In this document: one piece after another, positions 9,379 through 17,087 of the stretch
Numbering within the stretch: the first letter of the stretch is position 1
How the letters are laid out: each line of letters opens with the position of its first letter
Source: a virus
Lineage: Duplodnaviria > Heunggongvirae > Uroviricota > Caudoviricetes
DNA: 17,695 bases
IMG/VR virus record: IMGVR_UViG_2562617151_000007
Location: 1 to 17,695 of that record
Direction: 5' to 3' (one strand)
The notes under the pieces: model-generated
Databases searched by the model: none
Told to the model about the DNA's origin: nothing
What the model saw: the letters and a program-made list of their open reading frames with translations, nothing else
Translations under genes and position numbers: made by a program

Positions 9379-9517
9379 GACCTTTCTCCTTCTGCATCAG
9401 CTTCACTTTTTCCAACTCAGCCCGGAATCGACCAGGCTGCTTGAAGCTGGACAGGAAGCGATCACGTAGTATGTGTTTGTGAATTTTGTCCTGGTAAGGA
9501 CTGAGTTGTTTTGTCAT
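9371..9517 (-). CDS. Small protein (48 aa) translationally coupled to O, unknown function
   Basis: [51 protein letters not shown] with AGGAG RBS 5 nt upstream; its TAA overlaps the O start (ATGAGTAA). Below the ORF-track size cut-off. Confidence 0.35.
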
Positions 9518-9551
9518 AATGACTCCTGTGGATTGATCCAGTCTTTCTACA

Positions 9552-9830
9552 TCAGGCCTCGAAGAATTCGCCGTTCTTCGGGGCTTTTTCTTTTGTCAGC
9601 ATTCTGGCTACTTGCTTAGCCAGTTCCGCCAACTCCTCGTCTTCAACACCCCATTCAAGAACAGCAAGAAGCATTCCCATTTTGGGGATGAAGCTGTCTT
9701 TCCATCGCGAAATTTGCGATTCATTAATCCCTAACGCGTCGGCAACCTTTCGCTGACCACGTACAGCAATTCGATTCAGGATGTTGCTTGTAATTGCATT
9801 CGCTTTCTTGCGAGTACTTGTAAGTTGCAT
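9552..9830 (-). CDS. cII: CII transcriptional activator
   Basis: 92-aa ORF with [13 protein letters not shown]...[15 protein letters not shown], matching lambda CII ([25 protein letters not shown]). Positioned after cro and nutR. Confidence 0.85.
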   Translation of the reverse strand: MQLTSTRKKANAITSNILNRIAVRGQRKVADALGINESQISRWKDSFIPKMGMLLAVLEWGVEDEELAELAKQVARMLTKEKAPKNGEFFEA

Positions 9831-9887
9831 ATGTAAGTATTTCCTTAACTAATAAGAAGTTATGCGCATCAACTTATGCGCGTTGTA

Positions 9888-9932
9888 TTCCCGCATTTCG
9901 GCGGGAATGAGGACCATGACTGTTAAAGAGCG
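9888..9932 (-). promoter_or_regulatory. nutR (boxA + boxB) N-utilisation site
   Basis: On the minus strand: boxA CGCTCTTTAACA (about 9921-9932), then boxB hairpin CCCGC-CGAAAT-GCGGG (about 9890-9905), between cro and cII. The boxB is identical to the one upstream of N. Confidence 0.6.
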
Positions 9933-9938
9933 GTGTTA

Positions 9939-10139
9939 CTATTTGTTTTTCTTGTTGCTTGGGAAAGGACGAACTTCCTCTCCAATCACACTGCCATCAG
10001 GCTTTACCGTAACCATAATGTTACGGCCTGCCAGAATGGCCTTGCTGATAGCGCACTGGATTACACCAAAGTCACTGGCTGCTTTAGCCTGTCCATGGAT
10101 TTTGGCGTAATCGGCAAGTGTCATTCGAATCATATGCAC
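9939..10139 (-). CDS. cro: Cro repressor
   Basis: 66-aa ORF; ...[49 protein letters not shown] closely parallels lambda Cro ([49 protein letters not shown]). Divergent from cI. Track start is GTG. Confidence 0.85.
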   Translation of the reverse strand: MHMIRMTLADYAKIHGQAKAASDFGVIQCAISKAILAGRNIMVTVKPDGSVIGEEVRPFPSNKKNK

Positions 10140-10164
10140 TCTCCGTTATTAACCATGAACAAAG

Positions 10165-10228
10165 AATACTACAGGTATTCAAAGCAATCAATACTCAGGG
10201 TATTTTTAGTTTAAGTACCTTAGCTATT
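10165..10228. promoter_or_regulatory. OR operator cluster (three 15-bp palindromes AATAC-N5-GTATT) with PR/PRM
   Basis: AATACTACAGGTATT (about 10165-10179), AATACTCAGGGTATT (about 10190-10204) and a degenerate AGTACCTTAGCTATT (about 10214-10228), spaced 24-25 bp centre to centre, between cro and cI. Confidence 0.6.
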
Positions 10229-10239
10229 AGAATTAAGCT

Positions 10240-10956
10240 ATGGAAAATAAAAAATCACTGACGACAGAACAGCTCGAAGACGCTAAGCGGCTTAAGGCTT
10301 TGTATGAGTCAAAAAAGAAAGAATTGGGAATAACCCAATACTCAATCGCTGATGAACTGGGTATCACCCAAGGAGCGGTAGGGCATTATCTTAATGGCAG
10401 AAACGCGCTAAACGTTGAGGTCGCATCTGGTTTTGCACGTTTGTTGCAAGTCTCAATTGCTGATTTTAGCCAGTCAATTGCTGCCAAGGTTGCAGAACAG
10501 GCAGAAAGCCTTAAGAGCGATGCCAACGTAAGGTATGCAGGGGAATACAGAGCAGGAAAGAGGTATCCGGTGTTAAGCAGTATCCAGGCTGGCTCGTGGT
10601 GTGAAGCATGCGAACCATACACCATTAAAGACATAGATGTTTGGCTTGAGTCTGACGCGCATATTCAAGGTAATGCGTTCTGGCTTAAAGTGGAAGGTGA
10701 TTCAATGACGGCACCGGTTGGGTTAAGCATTCCAGAGGGAACATTCGTTCTTTTCGATACCGGAAGGGAGGCGATCAACGGCAGCTTGGTCATAGCAAAA
10801 CTTTCTGACTCTAACGAAGCAACATTCAAGAAGCTGATAATCGACGGCGGAAATAAATACCTCAAGGGACTTAACCCTGCATGGCCTCTCGTGCCAATCA
10901 ATGGAAACTGCAAGATTATAGGCGTTGCAATTGAGACAAAACTAAGGCTGGTTTGA
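10240..10956 (+). CDS. cI: CI repressor (HTH N-terminal domain + LexA/S24-type autocleavage C-terminal domain)
   Basis: 238-aa ORF. N-terminus TTEQLEDAKRLKALYESKKKELGITQ parallels lambda CI ([26 protein letters not shown]); C-terminus has FWLKVEGDSMTAP and ATFKKLI matching the lambda CI cleavage domain. Confidence 0.9.
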   Translation: MENKKSLTTEQLEDAKRLKALYESKKKELGITQYSIADELGITQGAVGHYLNGRNALNVEVASGFARLLQVSIADFSQSIAAKVAEQAESLKSDANVRYAGEYRAGKRYPVLSSIQAGSWCEACEPYTIKDIDVWLESDAHIQGNAFWLKVEGDSMTAPVGLSIPEGTFVLFDTGREAINGSLVIAKLSDSNEATFKKLIIDGGNKYLKGLNPAWPLVPINGNCKIIGVAIETKLRLV

Positions 10957-10975
10957 TCACGCAAGGGGGGCGCTT

Positions 10976-11344
10976 ATGGTTGGAACCGCTATAGCAAGCT
11001 TTTTGGGGATGTTGGCAATCTCAACAATTTACGGCTTAGCGCATGCTTTTATTGCGAAATCTCTATCAGAAAAAATAAGCCAGGCTTGGGCGCATAGATC
11101 AGCTCGTTTCATGATTCTAGTGGTCATAGCAATACAAGGGATATCTGCATTTATCCTCTATGGATCAAGCTTATACCTGTTGTATCAAGGAGCGACATTT
11201 ACGCCTTACACCAGTGATTACGGAACTCTATACGATGGTAGTGAAGACATCTCTATGGCTTGGATCGTCTTTGGTTTATCTATGGCCGTGTCTGTTGTAG
11301 CAGACATCATTAAGGTAATTCTCGTCTTAACCTTCGCTGACTAA
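10976..11344 (+). CDS. Small integral membrane protein (3-4 predicted TM helices), unknown function
   Basis: 122-aa ORF 20 nt after cI on the same strand, with AAGGGGG RBS. Hydrophobic stretches AIASFLGMLAISTIYGLAHAFIA, FMILVVIAIQGISAFILYG, WIVFGLSMAVSVVADIIKVILVL. Occupies the rexAB position. Confidence 0.6.
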   Translation: MVGTAIASFLGMLAISTIYGLAHAFIAKSLSEKISQAWAHRSARFMILVVIAIQGISAFILYGSSLYLLYQGATFTPYTSDYGTLYDGSEDISMAWIVFGLSMAVSVVADIIKVILVLTFAD

Positions 11345-11430
11345 CCCATAATCCCGGCAGCAATAGCTATCGGGATCCACTTCACATATCCCGCATAAAA
11401 AGCACTGAACAAGCAGATACCGAAAAAATA

Positions 11431-11515
11431 AATATCCTTTGTATTCATTTGTTTATCATTATTTCATCAAAAATAAATACCTTGGGTATTTACACAATAA
11501 AATACCTACAGTATT
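11431..11515. promoter_or_regulatory. OL operator cluster with PL
   Basis: AATACCTTGGGTATT (about 11476-11490), AATACCTACAGTATT (about 11501-11515) and degenerate AATATCCTTTGTATT (about 11431-11445); same half-sites as OR. Confidence 0.55.
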
Positions 11516-11563
11516 CTTTAGCCATCAGCAGGACGCTGGAAGCCAAACGGAACAGATTGGCAG

Positions 11564-11603
11564 GCTCTTTAACATTGATGGGATTGTCCCGCCGAAATGC
11601 GGG
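11564..11603 (+). promoter_or_regulatory. nutL (boxA + boxB)
   Basis: boxA-like GCTCTTTAACA (about 11564-11574) followed by boxB CCCGC-CGAAAT-GCGGG (about 11588-11603), upstream of N. Same boxB as nutR. Confidence 0.6.
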
Positions 11604-11711
11604 AACCAAAGAGTAGTTGGCTTTGGGGTGACGTGAAGTGCAGCTGCACGACGGCAACCGGAAGATAAGCACCCGGCGCGTCACCGCCAAAGCCAATCAT
11701 CGGAGGTCAAC

Positions 11712-12008
11712 ATGATAATCGTTACTTATCTGGCTGATGATAACACCAGAAATCGCCGCAGAGCACGCAGACAGGCTCAACGTGAACAGGCAATGCAAGA
11801 ACAGCGACTTGCGCGAAAAATTGCGCTAAAGCTCTCTGGTTGCGTCAGAGCAGATAAAGCAGCATCACTCGGAAGCCTTCGCTGCAAGAAGGCAGAAGAA
11901 GTCGAGCGTAAACAGAACCGTATTTACTACCGCAAGCCACGCAGTGAAATGGGTGTGACTTGTGTTGGTCGCCAGAAAATGAAATTAGGCAGCAAACCAC
12001 TTATTTGA
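11712..12008 (+). CDS. N: N-type transcription antiterminator (arginine-rich motif)
   Basis: 98-aa ORF. N-terminal DNTRNRRRARRQAQREQA is the boxB-binding arginine-rich motif; C-terminal NRIYYRKPRSEMGVTCVGRQKMKLGSKPLI parallels lambda N (NQRTWYSKPGERGITCSGRQKIKGKSIPLI). GGAGG RBS. Confidence 0.85.
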   Translation: MIIVTYLADDNTRNRRRARRQAQREQAMQEQRLARKIALKLSGCVRADKAASLGSLRCKKAEEVERKQNRIYYRKPRSEMGVTCVGRQKMKLGSKPLI

Positions 12009-12016
12009 GGTGAGAT

Positions 12017-12487
12017 ATGACAAAATCATGGAGCGTACCTTTTCCTGAATCAGAAACTGAACATGATGGAATGCCTGTTTTCTGGAGATTCCAAGCGACA
12101 GTTGAAGAAGATGGAATCAAAATATTCGCACTTCAATATATAGCTTTTCATCAGACAGAGCATTATGCATGGTTGGTTCCTGCGCATTGGATTGTTGATT
12201 TTAAACCAGCACCAAATCAGTGGTTACAGGAATGGAAACAAAAGAGAAATAGATATGCAATTAAGAAAGTAGCAAAAAATGCAGAAAGATCTTTTGCATT
12301 CCCAACGAAGAAACTTGCCATTGAAAGTTTATTGCGCCGGAAGAAATACCATTTAATGAGAATAAAACAAGATTTGGCTGTTGTATCAACTCTTGTTGAT
12401 GGGATGAAAAATATTGATACATCAACACCAGATATTGAATATAACTTTGGACACAACCAAGAAACAGAAAATTGGGTATTTTATTAG
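12017..12487 (+). CDS. Hypothetical protein (156 aa), AT-rich cargo gene downstream of N
   Basis: ORF with GAGGTGAG RBS, 9 nt after the N stop. No family recognised. Visibly lower GC than neighbouring core genes; followed by a 9-bp-stem hairpin (about 12502-12529) and a terminator. Confidence 0.6.
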   Translation: MTKSWSVPFPESETEHDGMPVFWRFQATVEEDGIKIFALQYIAFHQTEHYAWLVPAHWIVDFKPAPNQWLQEWKQKRNRYAIKKVAKNAERSFAFPTKKLAIESLLRRKKYHLMRIKQDLAVVSTLVDGMKNIDTSTPDIEYNFGHNQETENWVFY

Positions 12488-12591
12488 TACGAATAAGCAC
12501 TGTGTATTCATTCCAACGAGTGAATACACGGAGCAATGTCGCTCGTAACTAAACAGGAGCCGACTTGTTCTGATTATTGGAAGTCTTCTTT

Positions 12592-12617
12592 GCCCTCCGA
12601 TGTGAGGGCTTTTTTAT
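12592..12617 (+). terminator. Rho-independent terminator
   Basis: GCCCTC-CGATGT-GAGGGC followed by TTTTTTAT, downstream of the 156-aa ORF. Confidence 0.6.
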
Positions 12618-12699
12618 ATGCATACCAATAACGCTTCACGAGAGGTGTTTATTCATGAGCGTAAACGCTGATTAATGAACGCAGTTGATAGGATATAAA

Positions 12700-13212
12700 A
12701 TGGCATTTATAAAGATTCTTGAATTAATTTCCCTAAGTGAGATTAATAATGTTGTCAAATATAACCCTATTTCTGGTGAGTTCACATGGCTAAAATCTTA
12801 TGGAGCAAGAAAGATAGGTGGAACTGCCGGAACAATAACAACAAGCGGCTACTTAAGGATTTTCATTAACGGAAGACACTATGCTGCACATAGACTTGCA
12901 TGGATTATCACTTTCGGTGTTGAGCCTGAAGGTATTATCGACCATATAAATGGCATAAAGACAGATAACAGAATTTGCAATCTGAGGCTTGCAACTTACT
13001 CACAGAATTCAATGAATAGTAAAATAAATACCCTCAACAAATCAGGTTGCAAAGGAGTCACATGGAAGAAGGAAAGTAGAAAGTGGGCTGCCTATGGGAA
13101 ATTAAACGGGAAGAAAAAACATCTAGGGTACTTTAATGAATTAGAAGATGCCAAAAAAGCTTACTGCGACTTTGCCAGAAAGCATCACGGCGAATTCTAC
13201 AGGAGCAAATAA
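12700..13212 (+). CDS. HNH homing-type endonuclease with C-terminal AP2-like DNA-binding domain
   Basis: Internal ATG with AGGA RBS (the track ORF starts at an upstream TTG). HNH motif AAHRLAWIITFGVEPEGIIDHINGIKTDNRICNLRLATYSQN; AP2-like GVTWKKESRKWAAYGKLNGKKKHLGYFNELEDAKKAY. AT-rich. Confidence 0.8.
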   Translation: MAFIKILELISLSEINNVVKYNPISGEFTWLKSYGARKIGGTAGTITTSGYLRIFINGRHYAAHRLAWIITFGVEPEGIIDHINGIKTDNRICNLRLATYSQNSMNSKINTLNKSGCKGVTWKKESRKWAAYGKLNGKKKHLGYFNELEDAKKAYCDFARKHHGEFYRSK

Positions 13213-13346
13213 TGAATGAATATATTTTAGCGGGTAGCGGCGTCATGTCCGCTTTCTACCCGCACGAATCTGAATTATCACGCCGAGTTAAACAATTAAT
13301 CAGAGCAGCAAAGAAACAACTGGAGGCGTTATGCGCAATGAAATAG
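13212..13346 (+). CDS. Small ORF (44 aa), early-left operon, unknown function
   Basis: ATG overlaps the HNH stop (TAATG); AGGAG RBS 6 nt upstream. First of a chain of overlapping small ORFs. Below track cut-off. Confidence 0.3.
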   Translation: MNEYILAGSGVMSAFYPHESELSRRVKQLIRAAKKQLEALCAMK

Positions 13347-13483
13347 CCATTAATCACCAGATGCTTCGTGCTGCACAGAACAAAGCAGTAATAGCCAGAT
13401 TTATTGGTGATTCCAAAATGTGGCTTGAAGCAAATAAAGCGATGAAATCAGCTATCAACCTTCCGTGGTATCGCAGGAAATGA
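13331..13483 (+). CDS. Small ORF (50 aa), unknown function
   Basis: GGAGG RBS 4 nt upstream of the ATG; overlaps the previous and next ORFs. MRNEIAINHQMLRAAQNKAVIARFIGDSKMWLEANKAMKSAINLPWYRRK. Confidence 0.3.
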   Translation: MRNEIAINHQMLRAAQNKAVIARFIGDSKMWLEANKAMKSAINLPWYRRK

Positions 13484-13587
13484 GTTTTACAGATAACTGG
13501 TCAGACGAAGAATTCATTCGTCAGATGAACAAAATGCTCAATCAGCACAAAGAACAGGAGAAAGATGATGATTCTGACTCTGAATGA
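13480..13587 (+). CDS. Small acidic ORF (35 aa), unknown function
   Basis: ATG overlaps the previous stop (ATGA). MSFTDNWSDEEFIRQMNKMLNQHKEQEKDDDSDSE. Weak call. Confidence 0.25.
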   Translation: MSFTDNWSDEEFIRQMNKMLNQHKEQEKDDDSDSE

Positions 13588-13876
13588 TAAGCGTGAAATA
13601 TCGCAAATAATCGCAAGTTTTACTGATGAAGATTACGAGCGAATCAACAGTGAAGTTGATCGCCTCTGCAAACGTTGCGACCCAATAAGCGAAATGCTTC
13701 GCTCATATAAACCAGATGAACACACTAAGGACGCTATCGACTGGCTGGAAGATGATGACTGTAACTATCAGGAAAAAGCCGCTGAATGGTTCTGGGATGC
13801 AATAACCGAAAGAGTTAAGGCTGAATATGCCTTCGCAATATTTAAACGCAGACACATTTTTGGAGAAGCTGCATGA
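13565..13876 (+). CDS. Hypothetical protein (103 aa) immediately upstream of recT; possible host-nuclease inhibitor by position only
   Basis: ORF with AGGAG RBS; its stop overlaps the recT start (ATGA). Sits where lambdoid phages place gam/abc-type RecBCD inhibitors; no sequence family recognised. Confidence 0.5.
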   Translation: MMILTLNDKREISQIIASFTDEDYERINSEVDRLCKRCDPISEMLRSYKPDEHTKDAIDWLEDDDCNYQEKAAEWFWDAITERVKAEYAFAIFKRRHIFGEAA

Positions 13877-14775
13877 GCAATATCGTTGAATTCGTTAAAC
13901 AGCAAGAGCAGTTATTCTGCGGAGCATTGACTGAACAGACGGTGACATGGGCTAAGGAAAGCCAGTTTGCAATTCAGTATTTCCAGAAAAACGATTACCT
14001 GGCTAAAACAGCACTGGCAAATCCAACCAGCGCACAGAACGCCATCATCAATGTTGCGGCGATCGGCATCACCTTAAACCCGGCCAGCAAACTGGCTTAT
14101 CTGGTTCCTCGCGACGGCATGGTGTGCCTTGATATCAGTTACATGGGATTACTTCACCTTGCACAGTCGACAGGATCAATTAAGTGGGGGCAATGCAAAC
14201 TGGTGTACTCAAACGACACCTATGAATCAAACGGCCTTGATTCAGCACCAACCCACAAATACAACGCATTTGGTAAGCGAGGCTCTATTGTTGGTGGTTA
14301 TTGTACGGTTAAAACAGCAGATGGTGACTACCTCACTGAAGAAATGAGTCTGGCAGAAATTAAAGCTGTGGAAGCAACGAGCAAGGCAAAGAATGGACCG
14401 TGGAAGACATTCTGGGAAGAGATGGCGCGTAAAACAATAGTTAAACGCGCCAGCAAATACTGGCCTAAAGCCCAGCGACTGGATAATGCCATTCACCTGC
14501 TTAACGAAGATGAAGGTATGCATCAGGAACCAGTTATGCCGCACAAATCAGAGGAAGATATCCGCGAAGATGAACGGAAACGCCAGCAGGAAATTATGGA
14601 AAAAGCACAACTTCTTTGTGATGAAATGGCTCAGGCAGAAAACATGGATGATTTGAAGCGATATTTTGCAGAAGCATATCGCCTGACATCTGGAATGAAA
14701 TTGCAGCAGAACGTACAAGCCATTTACATAGAATGCAAAGCGAAACTGGAGGTTGCCAGTGAGCAAACTGTATGA
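13873..14775 (+). CDS. recT: RecT-family single-strand annealing recombinase
   Basis: 300-aa ORF; GPWKTFWEEMARKTIVKRASKYWP parallels Rac RecT (GPWVTHWEEMAKKTAIRRLFKYLP). Confidence 0.85.
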   Translation: MSNIVEFVKQQEQLFCGALTEQTVTWAKESQFAIQYFQKNDYLAKTALANPTSAQNAIINVAAIGITLNPASKLAYLVPRDGMVCLDISYMGLLHLAQSTGSIKWGQCKLVYSNDTYESNGLDSAPTHKYNAFGKRGSIVGGYCTVKTADGDYLTEEMSLAEIKAVEATSKAKNGPWKTFWEEMARKTIVKRASKYWPKAQRLDNAIHLLNEDEGMHQEPVMPHKSEEDIREDERKRQQEIMEKAQLLCDEMAQAENMDDLKRYFAEAYRLTSGMKLQQNVQAIYIECKAKLEVASEQTV

Positions 14776-15241
14776 AATTGCCAATGAATACGCAAAATTG
14801 ATGGATTCAGATTTAGAACCAGAGATGATTGCTGACACAATAGAAGGCATGGAAGGAGAATTTACCGATAAAATAGAGCAACTTCTTTCCGTCATTAAAA
14901 ATGAATCTGGTTATGCTGAACGCCTCAAGGAAGAGGCAAAGTCACTGAATGAGCGAGCCGCAGTAATTCAAAATAAGATTGACAGCATCAAATCATATAT
15001 AGCGTCATCGCTTGAAATGGTTGGCAAGAAAAATATTCGAGCAGGTATTCACCAGGTAACAATCCGCAAACCGTCAGAAACTGTAGAAATCATCGACTCA
15101 AGCGCCCTTCCTCCTGAATACCTTGAGTTTGAAACGACAATTAAAGCCGACAAACTGGCAATCAAGCACCAACTAAAAGCAGGAATAAATATTCCCGGTG
15201 CTCAACTCAAGGTTGGGAAACCTTCACTTCTTATCAAATAA
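14759..15241 (+). CDS. Gp157-family protein (recombination-module accessory)
   Basis: Likely GTG start 7 nt after GGAGG, overlapping the recT stop (track starts at TTG 14753). N-terminal KLYEIANEYAKLMD and C-terminal GAQLKVGKPSLLIK resemble the Siphovirus Gp157 family often found beside recT. Confidence 0.55.
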   Translation: MSKLYEIANEYAKLMDSDLEPEMIADTIEGMEGEFTDKIEQLLSVIKNESGYAERLKEEAKSLNERAAVIQNKIDSIKSYIASSLEMVGKKNIRAGIHQVTIRKPSETVEIIDSSALPPEYLEFETTIKADKLAIKHQLKAGINIPGAQLKVGKPSLLIK

Positions 15242-15252
15242 CGGTATCGCCT

Positions 15253-15567
15253 ATGAAAAAGACTCCATGGGAGAAATGGGAAGTCGATTTCTTGCGCGAA
15301 GTAGCGGCGACAATGCCAGTTGAAGTTATCGCTGAAAAACTGGAAAGGACTGAAAAAGCAGTAATGGCAAAAGCAACAAGGATTGGCGCTGACATTGTTA
15401 GCCGACTTCGTGGAAGACGATGGACAAGAGCCGAAGTATCACTTTTCGGTAAGTTCTCCGCAGAAGAAATAGCAATTGCAACCTGCCGATCAATTTATTC
15501 AGTAAGAGCTATGCGATACAAGCTAAAAAAACTCGATGAAGAAAGAGCAGGCATACGAATAAATTAA
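15253..15567 (+). CDS. Hypothetical protein with two tandem helix-rich W-x-E/A repeats (possible DNA-binding)
   Basis: 104-aa ORF with internal duplication ([32 protein letters not shown] / [31 protein letters not shown]). No family recognised. Confidence 0.5.
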   Translation: MKKTPWEKWEVDFLREVAATMPVEVIAEKLERTEKAVMAKATRIGADIVSRLRGRRWTRAEVSLFGKFSAEEIAIATCRSIYSVRAMRYKLKKLDEERAGIRIN

Positions 15568-15583
15568 CAAAGAGGAATTAATC

Positions 15584-15751
15584 ATGAGAGGGCTTGCATA
15601 CAATCCCGGCATTCTTCCGGCAGAAATGATTATTCGCCAACGCGTAAAGCCAATGCCATCGAGAGAGGAATTGCTTAAGAGAAATAGTTTCGGTTCTGTT
15701 AATGACAACAAATATCTGAATGCGATGTTGCGTAAAGGAGGCAAGCAGTGA
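15584..15751 (+). CDS. Small ORF (55 aa), unknown function
   Basis: AGAGGA RBS 7 nt upstream of the ATG; stop overlaps the GTG start of the next ORF. Below track cut-off. Confidence 0.35.
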   Translation: MRGLAYNPGILPAEMIIRQRVKPMPSREELLKRNSFGSVNDNKYLNAMLRKGGKQ

Positions 15752-16047
15752 GTGTATGTCTTATTGATAAACGTCGACGTGGGCAACAAATACCATCTGT
15801 TGGAATGCCGAATCACACATGGTTTTGCGTACTTGATATCGATGGTATGGATGCGTTGGTTGACACTCGTCATTACTGCGATACCGCAACAGCTACTCCG
15901 GCGAAAGCAAAGAAAATGGCTGCTCTGATAGAAAACTGGACTCCACCTGATGGTTGGTGCAATGGGAATGATCGAGATTGGCACGAAAAAATGAAGGGCT
16001 ATATCTGCGATTTTTTACGTAAATGCAACGGCTTCAGGGTGATGTGA
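15748..16047 (+). CDS. Hypothetical protein (99 aa)
   Basis: GTG start overlapping the preceding stop; Cys/His/Trp-rich; no family recognised. Typical early-left lambdoid accessory gene by position. Confidence 0.5.
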   Translation: MSVCLIDKRRRGQQIPSVGMPNHTWFCVLDIDGMDALVDTRHYCDTATATPAKAKKMAALIENWTPPDGWCNGNDRDWHEKMKGYICDFLRKCNGFRVM

Positions 16048-16048
16048 T

Positions 16049-16456
16049 ATGAACAAGATTGACTATCAGGCACTGCGTGAAGCGGCAGAGAAAGCCGGTG
16101 AAGATAAGTGGCAGGCTAAAAAAATAAATGGTGATTTTTTCGTTATTCGTCACGGTAGTTATACAAGACAGCATGGCTACACATCGTATCAACCCATTGC
16201 GGAGATTGATTGTAAGCAAGTCCGGGATTTTGTTGCCAAGGCTAATCCGGCTACCGTGCTGGAATTACTGGATGAACTGGAAGCAGCAAAAAAGCGCATT
16301 GCAGAACTGAAAGCGCGGGAAATACTGCTCCCGGAACGTAGCAGCATGCTTCATCGAACAGATTTTCACGATGATTACCAAACGGTAATGGCATACAAAG
16401 TTTCTGAAGTCATCGATGCAATCCGCGCTACTGGCATTCGCATCAAAGGAGAGTGA
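16049..16456 (+). CDS. Ead/Ea22-like protein
   Basis: 135-aa ORF; coiled-coil segment ANPATVLELLDELEAAKKRIAELKARE is characteristic of lambdoid Ead/Ea22-family proteins. Confidence 0.6.
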   Translation: MNKIDYQALREAAEKAGEDKWQAKKINGDFFVIRHGSYTRQHGYTSYQPIAEIDCKQVRDFVAKANPATVLELLDELEAAKKRIAELKAREILLPERSSMLHRTDFHDDYQTVMAYKVSEVIDAIRATGIRIKGE

Positions 16457-16457
16457 T

Positions 16458-17087
16458 ATGAGCGCTATAACCAAAGAACGTATCAAATTATTCATTAAAA
16501 ATCCGCTTGATAACGGACTTACTCGTGGCGAACAAATGGAACTGGCACGAATTGCACTGGCATCACTGGAACGCGAACAGATTCGCCACGAGCATGCCAA
16601 ATGGTCTGACTCCACATTTGGCTGCGTTGGCCCCATTGGTCCACTGAAACACCTCTCAAAAGAGGCACTGGAAGCCGCAGCCGAACCTGACGATCTCAGC
16701 GAGTGGGCTGATATGCAGTTCCTGTTGTGGGATGCACAGCGCCGTGCTGGTATCAGTGATGCTGAAATTACCGCTGCTATGGAAAATAAATTGAAGATCA
16801 ACATGGAGCGCCAGTGGCCTGAGCCAAAAGATGGTGAGCCTCGCTTGCACATTAAAGAACCCGGCAACTCTCCGGTAACTCCGGATGGTTGGATAAGCTG
16901 TAGTGATCGAATGCCGGAAGACACCAAAATGTTACTGGCATTTAGTCAAGGTAAAATCGTGGCCGCATATTGGAACTGGGTTATAAATCCAATTGATTAC
17001 AAAAAATATAGAGCTTTCACGTATTTATCAGGATATATCTTGGATGACGTAACTCACTGGATGCCGCTACCAGAGCCTCCACTTTGA
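16458..17087 (+). CDS. DUF551-domain protein
   Basis: Start at the ATG after AAGGAGAG RBS (track ORF begins upstream). C-terminus DGWISCSDRMPEDTK...VTHWMPLPEPP is the signature of the DUF551 domain common in lambdoid early regions. Confidence 0.6.
   Translation: MSAITKERIKLFIKNPLDNGLTRGEQMELARIALASLEREQIRHEHAKWSDSTFGCVGPIGPLKHLSKEALEAAAEPDDLSEWADMQFLLWDAQRRAGISDAEITAAMENKLKINMERQWPEPKDGEPRLHIKEPGNSPVTPDGWISCSDRMPEDTKMLLAFSQGKIVAAYWNWVINPIDYKKYRAFTYLSGYILDDVTHWMPLPEPPL

Noticed and set aside
9862-10214. Plus-strand ORFs overlapping cro and the OR region
   Set aside because: Cro is clearly encoded on the minus strand; these ORFs run through the nut site and operators.
10386-10964. Minus-strand ORFs inside cI
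   Set aside because: Antisense to the confidently identified CI repressor.
11439-11696. ORFs on both strands in the OL/PL/nutL region
   Set aside because: The region is packed with operator palindromes and the nutL hairpin; both ORFs use non-ATG starts and have no RBS.
12217-12536. Minus-strand ORFs opposite the 156-aa gene
   Set aside because: Antisense in an AT-rich gene; hydrophobic, low-complexity translation.
14129-14895. ORFs on both strands overlapping recT
   Set aside because: RecT is confidently identified in frame; the others are alternative-frame or antisense artefacts.
15523-16927. Long minus-strand ORFs (153 and 220 aa) opposite the early-left genes, and a 60-aa alternative-frame plus ORF
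   Set aside because: Ser/Cys-rich low-complexity translations antisense to genes with family signatures (Ea22 coiled coil, DUF551) that show RBSs and coupled stop/start overlaps.
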